Made by a program: the position numbers and the translations under genes. Below, piece after piece: positions 52,088 to 61,072 of a stretch of 64,000 nt of DNA. The stretch is taken from positions 2,122 through 66,121 of the forward strand of contig CAIZPE010000145.1 of the NCBI GenBank assembly GCA_903934795.1, read 5' to 3'. This DNA is from an uncultured bacterium. Lineage in GTDB: Bacteria; Pseudomonadota; Gammaproteobacteria; Burkholderiales; Burkholderiaceae_E. The notes below the pieces were generated by a model. That model was not told where the DNA came from. It saw only the letters and a list, made by a program, of their open reading frames with translations, and ran no database searches. Position 1 is the stretch's first letter; the number at the start of each line of letters is the position of its first letter.

Positions 52088-52984
52088 TCACTGCTGACGG
52101 AAGGCCCATTCGCACAGCGGATGCCGGCCGAGCGACCCGGTGAGCCAGGCCTGACTGCCCGGCGCCGATTCCCCCAGGGCCTGCACCAACCCCCGACCTG
52201 CCGACGCGCTGGGCACGGGCACGAAAACACAGGCACCCGAACCGCTCATGCGCACTGCTGCCGGATTGGCGCCTGCCTGAGCCGCTGCCTGCCGCAACTG
52301 CCCGAGTGCCTGCGCCACCCGGGGGTAGCGAGCCTCGACCACCGGCTGCAGGTCATTGCGGCCTTCAAGGCCAGACCACTCGCACGAAAGACTGTCGAGT
52401 GTAAGGGGTCGGGTATTCCGAGTCAATTCAGGGGCCGAGAACACGCCCGCGGTCGGCACCGCCTGCGCCGGTGCGACCACGACGAAGTGGCGGGCCGGCA
52501 GGCGGATTGGCTGCAGTTGCTCGCCGATGCCGGTGCCATAGGCGTTGTGGCCGCGCACGAACACCGGCACGTCGGCGCCCAGGTCGAGCGCCAGTTCGGC
52601 CAGTGCGTCGACCGGCCAGTGCAGACCCCAGAGCCGGTTCAGGCCGAGCAGCACGGTGGCCGCGTCGGAGCTGCCGCCGCCCAGGCCGCCGCCCATCGGA
52701 ATGCGCTTGTCGAGGCCGATGCGCACGCCGAGCCGGCAGCCGCTTGCCTGCGCGAACCGGCGGGCCGCACGAACGGTGAGGTCATCGTCGGCGGGCACGC
52801 CGGGAATCTCGCGGTCGCGCTCGATGCGGCCCTCGGGCAGGGTGTCGAGATGGACGGCATCGGCGAGGTCGATCAGCTGGAAGACCGTCTCGAGCAGGTG
52901 GTAGCCGTCGTCGCGGCGCCCAGTCACATGCAGGAACAGGTTGAGCTTGGCCGGCGCCGGCAGGTGGCGCAGGGCGCGGATCAT
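52088..52984 (-). CDS. ispE: 4-diphosphocytidyl-2-C-methyl-D-erythritol kinase
   Basis: APAKLNLFL, GYHLLETVFQ, KRIPMGGGLGGGSSDAA, GADVP, MSGSGACVF. Confidence 0.97.
   Translation of the reverse strand: MIRALRHLPAPAKLNLFLHVTGRRDDGYHLLETVFQLIDLADAVHLDTLPEGRIERDREIPGVPADDDLTVRAARRFAQASGCRLGVRIGLDKRIPMGGGLGGGSSDAATVLLGLNRLWGLHWPVDALAELALDLGADVPVFVRGHNAYGTGIGEQLQPIRLPARHFVVVAPAQAVPTAGVFSAPELTRNTRPLTLDSLSCEWSGLEGRNDLQPVVEARYPRVAQALGQLRQAAAQAGANPAAVRMSGSGACVFVPVPSASAGRGLVQALGESAPGSQAWLTGSLGRHPLCEWAFRQQ
52398..52426 (-). promoter_or_regulatory. Sigma70 promoter inside ispE driving tRNA-Gln-prs
   Basis: Minus strand TTGACT (52426-52421), 17 bp, TACACT (52403-52398), in a patch of A/T-ending codons. 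Confidence 0.8.
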
Positions 52985-53655
52985 GGCCGGCTCCCGCTGC
53001 TGCCGACGCGCCCGCCGCCGTCGCCCTTGCCCATGTCGTGCCGCTCGGCCGAGTCGACCAGCAGGCGCAGCTCGACCTGGCTGACCCGTCCGGCCGCGGG
53101 CGCCGTGATGCCGCCCTCGGGCCAGCGCAGGGTGAGCCGCTGCGGCCAGCCATCGCGCCAGGCCTCGATGCTGACCCGCCAGCCGGCATCGGTGAAGCTG
53201 ACCGGATCGGAGCCCGGACCGGCGCGGGCGGCGCCCGGCGAGGTGGGCGCGCCCTGAGGCCCCGCCAGCCAGCGCGAGAGCTCGGCGATCGGGGCGGGCC
53301 AGCCGAAAGCCCGCTCGGTGAGCTGGCCGGCGTCGGGGGCCGAGAGCCGCTGGCCGTCGGCGGTGACCAGGCTCGCGCCCTGCGCGCCCAGGGTGGCCAC
53401 CGCCACGGTCTGGCCCAGGGGCGTGGCGATGGTGAGCTCGCTGCCCGTCGCGGCGATGCGCAGGCTGAAGCCGCCCGCGGCGCGCTGCGCGAGATCGGCG
53501 TCGGCGGGCCCGCGCCAGCTCGCCGAGAAGCGGCCGGTGTAGCGGGTTTCGGCGGTGGGTGGTTCGGCCACCGGCGGCGCCGGGGTGGCGCAGGCTCCGA
53601 GCAGTGCCGCCGTGCCGGCGGCGGCCAGCACCCCCGCGAGGCTAGAGCGCGACAT
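52981..53655 (-). CDS. lolB: Outer-membrane lipoprotein receptor LolB
   Basis: Lipobox LLGAC, GRFS, TPLGQTVA, FGWPAPI..L..WL; position between the TPR gene and ispE. Confidence 0.85.
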   Translation of the reverse strand: MSRSSLAGVLAAAGTAALLGACATPAPPVAEPPTAETRYTGRFSASWRGPADADLAQRAAGGFSLRIAATGSELTIATPLGQTVAVATLGAQGASLVTADGQRLSAPDAGQLTERAFGWPAPIAELSRWLAGPQGAPTSPGAARAGPGSDPVSFTDAGWRVSIEAWRDGWPQRLTLRWPEGGITAPAAGRVSQVELRLLVDSAERHDMGKGDGGGRVGSSGSRP

Positions 53656-55420
53656 TGAGCCGGGCCAGCGTGTCTTTCAGGGTGGCGTTGTCGGGTTCGC
53701 GCCGGCGGGCCTCGCCCCACAGGGTGCGGGCCTCGTCGGCCCGGCCGAGCTTCCAGAGCACCTCGCCGAGGTGCGCGGCGATTTCGGCCTCGGGGCTCAG
53801 GGCGTAGGCGCGGCGCAGGTACTCGGCCGCGCGCTCGGTCTGGCCACGGCGGAACAGCACCCAGCCCATGCTGTCGAGGATGTGCGGGTCATCGGGCAGC
53901 AGCTGCAGCGCGCGCTCGATGAGGGCCTGCGCCTCTTCCAGCCGCAGGCCGCGGTCGGCCAGGCTGTAGCCCAGCGCATTGTGGGCATGGGCGTGGTCGG
54001 GGCGCGCGCTGATCAGCTTGCGCAGGCTGGCTTCCATGACATCGATGCGGTCGAGCCGCTCGGCCGCCATGGCATGGTCATAGAGCAGGTCGGGGTTGTC
54101 GGGCTGCGCGCCGAGGGCCTGGTCGAGTGCCGCGAAGGCCTCGGCGCTGCGGCCGGCCTCGCGCAGCACCTGCGCCTGGGTGGCCACCCGCTGCGCGCGG
54201 TCGCGGGGCGTGAGCGGATTGGACTCGGCGAGCAGCGCCAGGGCGGCATCGATGCGGCCGGCACGGGCGGTGAGCAGCGCGCGCCGCAGCAGTGCCTGCC
54301 ACGCCGCGTCGCCATCGGTGATGCGGGCCAGCCAGTCGATGGCCTCGTCGAACTGCTTGCGTTCCTCGGCCACCTGCGCCAGGAAGGCATAGGCCCCGGC
54401 CTTGTCGGATTCGGGCACGCCGGGCTGGGCCACCAGGCGGCGCAGATGGCCGGCGGCGACCTCGGGCTGGCGGGCCTGCTGCGCGAACTGCGCGAGCGAG
54501 AACAGGATGGCCGGGTTGTCGGGGCTCTGCCGCAGCGCGCTCTCCATCTCGCGGCGGGCGTCGTCGGTGCGGCCGGCGGCGGCCAGCAGTCGCGCGTACT
54601 GGAAGCGGGCCTCGAGCGAAGCGGGCTGGCGCTCGAGGAAGCCGGCCAGCAGGCGCAGCGAGGCCACGCTGTTGCCGCTGCTCTCCTGGAGCAGCCGCGC
54701 CGCGGTGAGGGCCAGGCGCTCATCGTCGGGCCGCAGCGCGTAGGCCCTGCCCGCCTCCTGGGCGGCGCGCTCGGCGAGGCCGGCCGCCTGCGCCAGACCG
54801 GCGAGGGCCAGCCGGGCCTCCGGCAGTTGCGCATCGGCCGCGGCGAGTTCATCGAGCAGGGCCAGCGCGGCGGTCTTGTCCGGCGCGCGCACCAGGGCGC
54901 GCTGCAGTTGCGCGTAGGCTTCGGGCAGATCGCCGCCGGCGCGCGCGCGAGCCAGCCGGGCGCCGACCAGGGGCCGGGCCTCGGTCAGCCGGCCGGTGGA
55001 GATCAGCAGGGTCTCGAGCGTCTGGGTGGCAACCGGCGAGGCGGGCGCGAGTTCCCGCCACAGGCGGGCCGCCTGCAGGGCGCGGTCGAGGGAGCGTTCG
55101 GTGAGCGCGAACTCGGTGGCGCGCTGGGCCAGCCGGGGATCGCGGGTCTTGCGGGCGAGAGAGAGGTAGGTGGCGGTGGCGCTGCCGATCTGCCCGCGCT
55201 GGGCGGCGATTTCGGAGGCGAGCAGCTGGAAGACGATGTCGGCGGTGAGCTCCACGCCAGGCGGGGCGGTCGTCGCAGTGCCCGCCTTCTCGGCCACGGC
55301 GGGCATCGGCAGGGCGCAGAGCAGCAGGAGGGCGGAGGCGGCCAGTCGGGCGAGTGGCCGCGGCGCGCGGCGGCGGGGACCGCGGCCCTGGGCGCCGCGC
55401 GTCGTTGGGAGCGGCTTCAT
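53642..55420 (-). CDS. Tetratricopeptide repeat protein (periplasmic)
   Basis: Signal peptide, LASEIAAQRG, multiple TPRs, C-terminal NALGYSLADR..L.EA..LI.RAL...PDDPHILDSMGWV, EIAAHLGEVLW. Confidence 0.9.
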   Translation of the reverse strand: MKPLPTTRGAQGRGPRRRAPRPLARLAASALLLLCALPMPAVAEKAGTATTAPPGVELTADIVFQLLASEIAAQRGQIGSATATYLSLARKTRDPRLAQRATEFALTERSLDRALQAARLWRELAPASPVATQTLETLLISTGRLTEARPLVGARLARARAGGDLPEAYAQLQRALVRAPDKTAALALLDELAAADAQLPEARLALAGLAQAAGLAERAAQEAGRAYALRPDDERLALTAARLLQESSGNSVASLRLLAGFLERQPASLEARFQYARLLAAAGRTDDARREMESALRQSPDNPAILFSLAQFAQQARQPEVAAGHLRRLVAQPGVPESDKAGAYAFLAQVAEERKQFDEAIDWLARITDGDAAWQALLRRALLTARAGRIDAALALLAESNPLTPRDRAQRVATQAQVLREAGRSAEAFAALDQALGAQPDNPDLLYDHAMAAERLDRIDVMEASLRKLISARPDHAHAHNALGYSLADRGLRLEEAQALIERALQLLPDDPHILDSMGWVLFRRGQTERAAEYLRRAYALSPEAEIAAHLGEVLWKLGRADEARTLWGEARRREPDNATLKDTLARLNVAL

Positions 55421-55426
55421 GAATCG

Positions 55427-55446
55427 ATCTTAGGTTCAATTACACT
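55427..55446. promoter_or_regulatory. Divergent -10 elements between the TPR gene and mutM
   Basis: Minus strand TAAGAT (55432-55427) 6 nt before the TPR ATG; plus strand TACACT (55441-55446). Confidence 0.5.
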
Positions 55447-55463
55447 CGGCGGCAACCAAGCCC

Positions 55464-56285
55464 ATGCCTGAACTCCCCGAAGTCGAAGTCGTTGCCCGCG
55501 GCCTGCGCGCCCGCGTTCTCGGGCATACCGTGCGCGGTGCCGAACTGCGCGCCAGCGCCCTGCGCTGGCCGCTGCCCCAGGACCTGTCCGGTCTGCTGGC
55601 CGGACGCCGTGTCGAGCGCATCGACCGGCGCGGCAAGTACCTGCTGCTGCACTTCGGCCACGGTGTGCTCATCCTGCACCTGGGCATGTCGGGCAGCCTG
55701 CGCTTCCTCGAGCACTGGGAGCCGCCGCAGCGCCACGACCATGTCGACATCGGCTTCGGGCACGGCTGGCTGCGTCTGCACGACCCGCGCCGTTTCGGCG
55801 CACTGCTCTGGCACGAGGCCGCGAAGGGCCCGGTCGCCGCGCATCCGCTGCTCGCCCGCCTGGGCGTGGAGCCGCTGGAGGGCGGCTTCGATGGCGCGCT
55901 CCTGCACGGAGGCTGCCGCGGGCGCCGGGTGGCCATCAAGCAGCTGCTGCTGGCCGGGCAGGTGGTGGTCGGCGTGGGCAACATCTATGCTTCCGAGAGC
56001 CTGTTTCGGGCCGGCATCCGGCCCACCACCCGCGCCGCGCGCCTGTCGGCGGGGCGCTGCGAGGCGCTGGCGCAGGCGATCCGGGCCACCCTGGCCCTGG
56101 CCATCGAGCGCGGCGGCAGCACGCTGCGCGACTTCACCGGCGCCGACGGCCAGAGCGGATACTTCCAGCTCGAGTGCCTGGTCTACGGTCGCCAGGGCGA
56201 GCCTTGCCGGCGCTGTGGCACGCCGATCCGCATGGCGCACCATCAGCAGCGGGCCACCTACTGGTGCCCGGGCTGCCAGCGCTGA
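55464..56285 (+). CDS. mutM: Formamidopyrimidine-DNA glycosylase
   Basis: N-terminal [29 protein letters not shown], zinc finger C..C...C..CQ. Confidence 0.97.
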   Translation: MPELPEVEVVARGLRARVLGHTVRGAELRASALRWPLPQDLSGLLAGRRVERIDRRGKYLLLHFGHGVLILHLGMSGSLRFLEHWEPPQRHDHVDIGFGHGWLRLHDPRRFGALLWHEAAKGPVAAHPLLARLGVEPLEGGFDGALLHGGCRGRRVAIKQLLLAGQVVVGVGNIYASESLFRAGIRPTTRAARLSAGRCEALAQAIRATLALAIERGGSTLRDFTGADGQSGYFQLECLVYGRQGEPCRRCGTPIRMAHHQQRATYWCPGCQR

Positions 56286-56298
56286 GGCGTCCCGCCGC

Positions 56299-57516
56299 GT
56301 GAGCGCCTTCGCCGGTCGGGTGATCGCGTGGCAGCGCAGCCATGGCCGGCATGACCTGCCCTGGCAGGCCAGCCGCGACCCCTATCGGATCTGGCTGTCC
56401 GAGGTCATGCTGCAGCAGACCCAGGTGGCCACGGTGATTCCGTATTACCAGCGCTTCCTGGCGGCCTTCCCTGATGTGGCCAGCCTCGCCGCCGCGCCGG
56501 CCGAGCAGGTGCTCGCCCTCTGGAGCGGGCTGGGCTATTACCGCCGCGCCCGGCATCTGCACCGGGCCGCGCTCGAGGTCATGGTCCGCTTCGGCGGGAC
56601 GATGCCCACCGACCCCGAGCTGCTGGTCAGCCTGCCCGGCATCGGCCGATCCACGGCGGCCGCGATCGCGGTCTTCTCGGGGGGCGCGCGTGCGGCCATC
56701 CTCGATGGCAATGTGAAGCGGGTGTTCCTGCGGCATGGGGCGATCGACGGCGATCCCGCCTCGGGCGCGGTGCTCGAGCGGCTCTGGGCGCTGGCGCAGG
56801 CGCGGCTGCCCGCCACCGGACTGCCGGCCTATACCCAGGGGCTGATGGACCTCGGCGCGACGGTGTGCACCCGCAGCCGTCCGGCCTGCGATCGCTGTCC
56901 GCTGGCCGCCGACTGTCAGGCGCTGGCGAGCGGCCAGCCGACCGCCTGGCCGCAGCCGCGCAAGCCTCGGGCGGTGCCACGACGCGACCTGCCGCTGTTG
57001 CTGATCCTGCGCGGTGACGCGGTGCTGCTGCAGCGTCGCCCCGAGCAGGGCATCTGGGGCGGGCTGTGGTGCCCGCCGGTGTGTCCGCAGCCGCCGACCT
57101 CGGCATCCCAGGCGCTGGCGGCGGCGATCGGCCTGCTGGCCGATGCCGGCGAGGTCGATGCGATTGACGCCGATGCGATTGACGCCGATGCCGGTCACGA
57201 CGAGCGCGCCGGCGACGCTGGCGCCGGCGCGCGCACCGTGACCGCCGAGCGCGGAACGGCGCAGGCGCTGCCGGGTTTCGAGCACGCGCTGACCCATTTC
57301 CGGCTGGTGATCGCGCCCTGGCGGGTGGACCTGCCGCTGACCCGCGCGCGCGCGCTGCCCACGACGGCTGCGGTGAGCACGAGCCCGCCGCCGACAACGG
57401 CCGCCGACTGGCGATGGTGGCCCCTGAGCGCCTGCGCCGACGCGGCACTGCCCGTGCCGGCCCGGCGCCTGCTGGCCTCGCTCAGGCCGCCCGGAGGGTC
57501 ACCCGAGGGATCCTGA
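56299..57516 (+). CDS. mutY: A/G-specific adenine glycosylase
   Basis: LPWQ..DPY.IWLSEVMLQQTQV, WSGLGYY.RAR, LPGIG.STA.AI, DGNVKRV, Fe-S C......C..C.....C; GTG start. Confidence 0.95.
   Translation: MSAFAGRVIAWQRSHGRHDLPWQASRDPYRIWLSEVMLQQTQVATVIPYYQRFLAAFPDVASLAAAPAEQVLALWSGLGYYRRARHLHRAALEVMVRFGGTMPTDPELLVSLPGIGRSTAAAIAVFSGGARAAILDGNVKRVFLRHGAIDGDPASGAVLERLWALAQARLPATGLPAYTQGLMDLGATVCTRSRPACDRCPLAADCQALASGQPTAWPQPRKPRAVPRRDLPLLLILRGDAVLLQRRPEQGIWGGLWCPPVCPQPPTSASQALAAAIGLLADAGEVDAIDADAIDADAGHDERAGDAGAGARTVTAERGTAQALPGFEHALTHFRLVIAPWRVDLPLTRARALPTTAAVSTSPPPTTAADWRWWPLSACADAALPVPARRLLASLRPPGGSPEGS
57157..57192 (+). repeat. 15-bp tandem duplication (GATGCGATTGACGCC x2) in a mutY insertion
   Basis: Encodes DAIDADAIDADA. 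Confidence 0.9.
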
Positions 57517-57558
57517 TCCGGCAGCCGGTGGCCAGCCGCGACCGCCGGCGGCCGCGGC

Positions 57559-58191
57559 TCAGATCACCTGGCGCTGTGCCAGGAACTGATGCACCAGCGA
57601 CAGCCGCATCAGCGGATCGGGCAGGGCCATGAGCCGGTGCCGCGTGCCCGGCGGGATGGGCAGAAACTCGCACAGCCGGTTGGCCACCCAGCCCGCATCC
57701 TCATGGCGCAGCGGCTCGGCCACCATCTGCCGCATGGTGTCGGTCTCGCGCGCCACCAGGTCGTCGACAATGCGGCGCACCAGCTGCGGCAGCACCGCGA
57801 ACTCCGCCGGCACCGGCGCGGCCGGATCGGGGTCGATCAGGCGCACGCGGGCGCGGACCAGTCCGTCCTTCTGCAGATGCCGCTCGAGCACCTCGAAGCG
57901 CTGCCCGCCCACGCAGCGGATGCGCAGCACGCCGAGCTGCTCCATGTCCCACTCGCGGATCTGCGCCAGGCAGCCGATGGTCTCGTGCTCGGCCGGTTCG
58001 CCGACCTCGCCGCCGCGCGTGATCAGGCACACGCCGAAGGCAGATTCGGTGCGCAGGCAGGCCTTGACCATGTCCATGTAGCGGGCCTCGAAGATGCGCA
58101 GCGGCAGCACGCCCTCCGGAAACAGCACGCTGCCCAGGGGAAAGATCGGCAGGTCGGCGATGAGGCCGTTGCCGTCGTGGTCTGCGCTCAT
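57559..58191 (-). CDS. LON peptidase substrate-binding (PUA-like) domain protein
   Basis: LPIFPLGSVLFPEG.LPLRIFEARY.DMV..CL, GGQRF, WVANRLCEFLP. Confidence 0.88.
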   Translation of the reverse strand: MSADHDGNGLIADLPIFPLGSVLFPEGVLPLRIFEARYMDMVKACLRTESAFGVCLITRGGEVGEPAEHETIGCLAQIREWDMEQLGVLRIRCVGGQRFEVLERHLQKDGLVRARVRLIDPDPAAPVPAEFAVLPQLVRRIVDDLVARETDTMRQMVAEPLRHEDAGWVANRLCEFLPIPPGTRHRLMALPDPLMRLSLVHQFLAQRQVI

Positions 58192-59060
58192 GCCACCAGC
58201 CGGCGCTGGGCCAGCGACCGATGCCGCACCAGCACATGCTCGGTGCGGCGGAAGCGGTGGGCGAGCTCCTTCACGCACCACACCGAGCGGTGCTGGCCGC
58301 CGGTGCAGCCCACCGCCACGGTCAGGTAGCTGCGGTGCTCCTGGATGTAGAACGGCAGCCAGGTGCGCAGGAAGCCCTCGATATGCTCGACGAAGCGCAG
58401 CACCGAGGGGATCTCGCGCAGATAGGCGTCCACCGGCGCATCCAGCCCGGTGAGCGGGCGCAGCTCGGTGTCGTAGTACGGGTTGGGCAGGCAGCGCGCA
58501 TCGAAGGCGAGATCGGCGTCGAGCGGCACGCCCTGCTTGTAGGCGAAGGATTCGAAGAGCAGCGTGAGCGGCGCGCGCCCCGCACCCACCGCCTCGCGCA
58601 CCCACTGGCGCAGCACATTCGGGTGCAGATCGGTGGTGTCGATGGCCAGGCCGACATCCTCGAGCACCGCCATCACCTCGCGTTCGCGTTCGATGGCCTC
58701 CACCAGGGTGCCGCGCTCGGCCGGCTCGGCGGCCTGCATGGTCATGGGATGGCGCCGACGCGTCTCGGCGTAGCGCTGCACCAGCGTGGCCGTGCCGGCA
58801 TTCAGGAACAGGGTCTTGACATCGTGCCCCAGGCTGGCGAGCCGCGGCACATTGGCCCGCAGCTCGCTCACCGACTCGCCGCTGCGGGCGTCGATCGCCA
58901 CCGCCACGCGCTCGTGCCCGGCGCCGGCGAGCGACGCGATCACCTCCTGCAGGAAGCGCACCGGCAGGTTGTCGACGCAGAAGAAGCCGTCGTCCTCGAG
59001 CACATTGAGCGCGATCGACTTGCCGGAGCCGGAGATGCCGGTGATCAGAACGACGCGCAT
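58188..59060 (-). CDS. rapZ: RNase adapter RapZ
   Basis: ITGISGSGKS, CVDNLP, AIDARS, SFAYKQG.PLDAD..FD.R.LPNP, GCTGGQHRSV. Confidence 0.95.
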   Translation of the reverse strand: MRVVLITGISGSGKSIALNVLEDDGFFCVDNLPVRFLQEVIASLAGAGHERVAVAIDARSGESVSELRANVPRLASLGHDVKTLFLNAGTATLVQRYAETRRRHPMTMQAAEPAERGTLVEAIEREREVMAVLEDVGLAIDTTDLHPNVLRQWVREAVGAGRAPLTLLFESFAYKQGVPLDADLAFDARCLPNPYYDTELRPLTGLDAPVDAYLREIPSVLRFVEHIEGFLRTWLPFYIQEHRSYLTVAVGCTGGQHRSVWCVKELAHRFRRTEHVLVRHRSLAQRRLVA

Positions 59061-59068
59061 CGCGGGAT

Positions 59069-60004
59069 TCAGGCCTGGCCGCCCTGCTCGATCATCTGGT
59101 GCTGACGCTCGACGAACTCGCGGGTGGTGTCGATGCCGCGCAGCGACAGCACCGTGCTGCGCACCGCCGCCTCGGTGAGCACTGCCATGTTGCGGCCGGC
59201 CGCCACCGGGATGACCACCTTGCGCACCGCCAGGCCGAGGATGTCCTGGGTGAGCGCCTCGAGGGGCAGCCGCTCGTACTCGTTCTCCATGGTGCTGCGC
59301 CGGACCAGATGCACGATCAGCTTGAGCCGCATCTTCCGGCGGATGGAGGTCTCGCCGAAGATGGTGCGGATGTCGAGCAGGCCCAGGCCGCGCACCTCGA
59401 GCATGTTGCGCAGCAGCGGCGGGCAGCTGCCTTCGACGGCGTTGTGCGCGATGCGCTTGAAGTCGACCACATCGTCGGCGATCAGGCCGTGGCCGCGGCT
59501 GATGAGCTCGAGCGCGAGCTCGCTCTTGCCCAGGCCCGACTCGCCGGAGATCAGGACGCCCAGGCCGAGCACGTCCATGAACACGCCGTGCATCGAGGTG
59601 CTGTCGCCGGTGGCCTTGCCCAGCCAGCTGCGCAGCGTGTCGATGATGCGCGCGCCGGGCAGCCCCGAGGACAGCAGCGGCAGGTTGGCGGCCCGGCAGC
59701 GGCTGACCAGGCCAGGATCGGGCTCGATGCCCTCGCTCACGATGACCGCCGGCGGGTTGCCGCTGACCACATCGTCGAGGATGGCCCGGCGCCGGGACTC
59801 GTCGAGGTGCAGGTAGTACGCGGTCTCGGCCTGGCCGAAGACATGCATGCGCGAGGGGTGGATCAGGTTCAGGTAGCCAAGCAGGTCGGCCGGCGCGGCG
59901 CGGGTGGGCGCGATGTCCCGGCTGCCGCCGGCCTCGCCGGCGATCCAGCGCAGCTGCAAGGCCTCACGGTTGGCCTCGAACATCTGGCGGACCGTGACGG
60001 TCAT
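59069..60004 (-). CDS. hprK: HPr(Ser) kinase/phosphatase
   Basis: HGVFMDV.G.GVLI.GESGLGKSE, LIADD, LEVRGLG, PVAAGRN. Confidence 0.96.
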   Translation of the reverse strand: MTVTVRQMFEANREALQLRWIAGEAGGSRDIAPTRAAPADLLGYLNLIHPSRMHVFGQAETAYYLHLDESRRRAILDDVVSGNPPAVIVSEGIEPDPGLVSRCRAANLPLLSSGLPGARIIDTLRSWLGKATGDSTSMHGVFMDVLGLGVLISGESGLGKSELALELISRGHGLIADDVVDFKRIAHNAVEGSCPPLLRNMLEVRGLGLLDIRTIFGETSIRRKMRLKLIVHLVRRSTMENEYERLPLEALTQDILGLAVRKVVIPVAAGRNMAVLTEAAVRSTVLSLRGIDTTREFVERQHQMIEQGGQA

Positions 60005-60014
60005 GGTCGCGGGC

Positions 60015-60485
60015 TCAGGCCGCCGGCCGGTAGGGTGCCCAGCCGGCCAGGGTGCGGTGCATCTGGGCGGGGTCGTCGCAGGCCACCAGGCTGTCGCGCA
60101 CGGCGCGGTCGGACAGCAGCTCGGCGAGCTCGGAGAGCAGTTCGAGGTGCTCCTCGGTGGCATGCTCGGGCACCAGCAGGAACACCAGCAGGCGCACCGG
60201 CTGGCCATCGGGCGCATCGAAGGGGATGGGTTCGGCCAGACGCACGACTGCCGCCACCGCTTCCTTCAGGCCCTTGATGCGGCCGTGCGGAATGGCCACG
60301 CCCTCGCCCAGGCCGGTGGAGCCGAGCCGTTCGCGGGCGAAGAGAGAGTCGAAGACCTTGCCGCGCTCGATGGCCTGGTTGTTCTCGAACAGCAGCCCGG
60401 CCTGCTCGAACAGGCGCTTCTTGCTGGTGACCGAGAGGTTGGTCACGACATTGGTGGGCGGGAGCAGGCGGGCGAGTCGGCTCAT
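60015..60485 (-). CDS. ptsN: PTS IIA-Ntr (nitrogen regulatory)
   Basis: ARERLGSTGLGEGVAIPHGR, FDAPDGQPV.L, HLELLSELA. Confidence 0.95.
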   Translation of the reverse strand: MSRLARLLPPTNVVTNLSVTSKKRLFEQAGLLFENNQAIERGKVFDSLFARERLGSTGLGEGVAIPHGRIKGLKEAVAAVVRLAEPIPFDAPDGQPVRLLVFLLVPEHATEEHLELLSELAELLSDRAVRDSLVACDDPAQMHRTLAGWAPYRPAA

Positions 60486-60556
60486 CGGACGCGGCAACCG
60501 GGAACGACGACCTGCAGGCCGTCCGGATGCCCCGGAATTCGGTGATGGAGCGATTG

Positions 60557-60562
60557 ATTATA
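60557..60562 (-). promoter_or_regulatory. Perfect -10 (TATAAT) upstream of ptsN
   Basis: ATTATA on plus strand; no convincing -35. Confidence 0.45.
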
Positions 60563-60607
60563 GGTAGGGCGTCGGGGCTTGGGCGGACTTTTTTGCGCGG
60601 CGCACAA

Positions 60608-60630
60608 GAAAAAGCCCGGCAAGCCGGGCT
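60608..60630 (-). terminator. Rho-independent terminator after hpf
   Basis: Minus strand AGCCCGG-CTTG-CCGGGCT-TTTT. Confidence 0.8.
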
Positions 60631-60652
60631 GAGGTTTCGCAATGCAGGAAAA

Positions 60653-60973
60653 TCAGGCGACCGGTGCGTACTTCATGGCGTCATGGCCATGGCCGGTGGT
60701 CTTGTCCTTGTGCTTGAGGATCTGCCGGTCGAGCTTGTCGGCCAGGCTGTCGATCGCGGCGTACAGATCCTGGTCGGTGGACTCGGCAAAGATGTCCCGG
60801 CCGGGCACATGGATGCTCACTTCGGCCTTCTGGGCCAGCTTGTCGACGCTGAGGAACACCTTGACATCGATGACCCGGTCGAAGTGCCGGGTGATGCGCT
60901 CGAGCTTGAGCAGCAGGTAGTCGCGGATGGCGGGGGTGACTTCGAGGTGGTGACCGCTGATCGACAGGTTCAT
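60653..60973 (-). CDS. hpf: Ribosome hibernation promoting factor (short HPF)
   Basis: MNLSISGHHLEVTPAIR, DLYAAID.L.DKL.RQ..K.K.K; SD GGAGG. Confidence 0.95.
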   Translation of the reverse strand: MNLSISGHHLEVTPAIRDYLLLKLERITRHFDRVIDVKVFLSVDKLAQKAEVSIHVPGRDIFAESTDQDLYAAIDSLADKLDRQILKHKDKTTGHGHDAMKYAPVA

Positions 60974-61054
60974 GGCGCCTCCAGAGGTGGCCCGACGATG
61001 ATCGGGCCGGGTTGACAACCAGTGGGACGCGCGGCGCCGGGCCGAGACGAGGAC

Positions 61055-61072
61055 TTGCGAGCGGCGTGCCGG
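61055..61072 (-). promoter_or_regulatory. Sigma54 (-24/-12) promoter upstream of hpf
   Basis: Minus strand CCGGCAC-GCCGC-TCGCA (GG-N10-GC), directly after the rpoN stop. Confidence 0.6.
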
